The position numbers and the translations under genes were made by a program. This document shows positions 63,570-64,000 of a stretch of 64,000 nucleotides of DNA, in pieces. This stretch comes from Leucoraja ocellata. Taxonomy: Eukaryota. Position 1 is the first letter of the stretch. Each line of letters starts with the position of its first letter. The stretch spans positions 6,262,001-6,326,000 of the forward strand of contig JAWMAR010000010.1 in NCBI GenBank assembly GCA_036785375.1, read 5' to 3'. The notes under the pieces are model-generated. The model did not search any database and was not told the DNA's origin. It saw only the letters and a list, made by a program, of their open reading frames with translations.

Positions 63570-64000
63570 TTGTTTAGTTTAGTTTAGTTTAGTTTAGTTA
63601 TTTGTCACGTGAACCGAGGAAAAGTGAAAAAACATTGGTTACATGCTAACCAGTCAACAGAAACACAATAAATGATTACAATAGAACCATTTACAGAGTA
63701 TAGATTCGTGATATGGAATTTCGTTTAGTGCAATGTAAAGCCAGCAAATTCCGGTCAAGGAGACTCCTAGGTTCGTCAAAAAAGGTAAATAGTAGTTAAG
63801 TCCTGCCCTCTAGTTGTGGTAGGATGATTCAGTTGCCTGATAACAGCTGGGAAGAAACTGCCCCTGAATCTGGCGGTGTGCGTTTTCACACTTCTCTAAC
63901 TGTTGCCTGATGGGAGAGGGGAGAAAAAGGTGGGCAGGGTGCGACTCGTCCTTGATTATGCTGCTGGCCTTGCCCAGGCAGCGTGAGGTATAAATTGAGT
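63570..64000 (-). mobile_element. Rex1-type 3' fragment, copy 2 (cut by the window edge)
   Basis: Duplicate of 24205-24640. Confidence 0.85.

Larger units (their letters stand above)
39337..64000 (+). repeat. Copy 2 of the large direct duplication (runs off the window end)
   Basis: Same order of L1, Rex1, CR1, SINE and receptor exons as 1-24640, with scattered SNPs and indels. Confidence 0.97.

Overview
Eukaryotic, repeat-rich vertebrate DNA. The CR1 subfamilies and tRNA-derived SINEs resemble those of cartilaginous fishes (skate/ray/shark); this is an inference. Most long ORFs are retrotransposons: a full-length L1 on the minus strand carrying nested SINE and Rex1-type insertions, a full-length CR1 with esterase ORF1, and many CR1/Rex1 fragments. 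Positions 1-24640 are repeated at 39337-64000 (period about 39.3 kb), with a 200-N gap at 35349-35548 between the copies. Between the repeats, on the minus strand, is a multi-exon immunoglobulin-superfamily receptor locus that I reconstructed from splice sites. It has a Siglec-15-like V-set exon (YRCRAE, with the sialic-acid Arg position and the extra Cys pair) followed by paralogous 3' cassettes A, B and B'. Each cassette has a second V-set exon, a Lys-containing transmembrane exon, a terminal exon and, for A and B, a matching poly(A) signal. B and B' have no visible leader or first domain of their own and differ mainly in a long F-G (CDR3-equivalent) loop. Cassette A carries a pair of frameshifts that compensate across a splice junction. 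Exon structures are predictions without transcript data, and the 39-kb duplication could be an uncollapsed haplotype.
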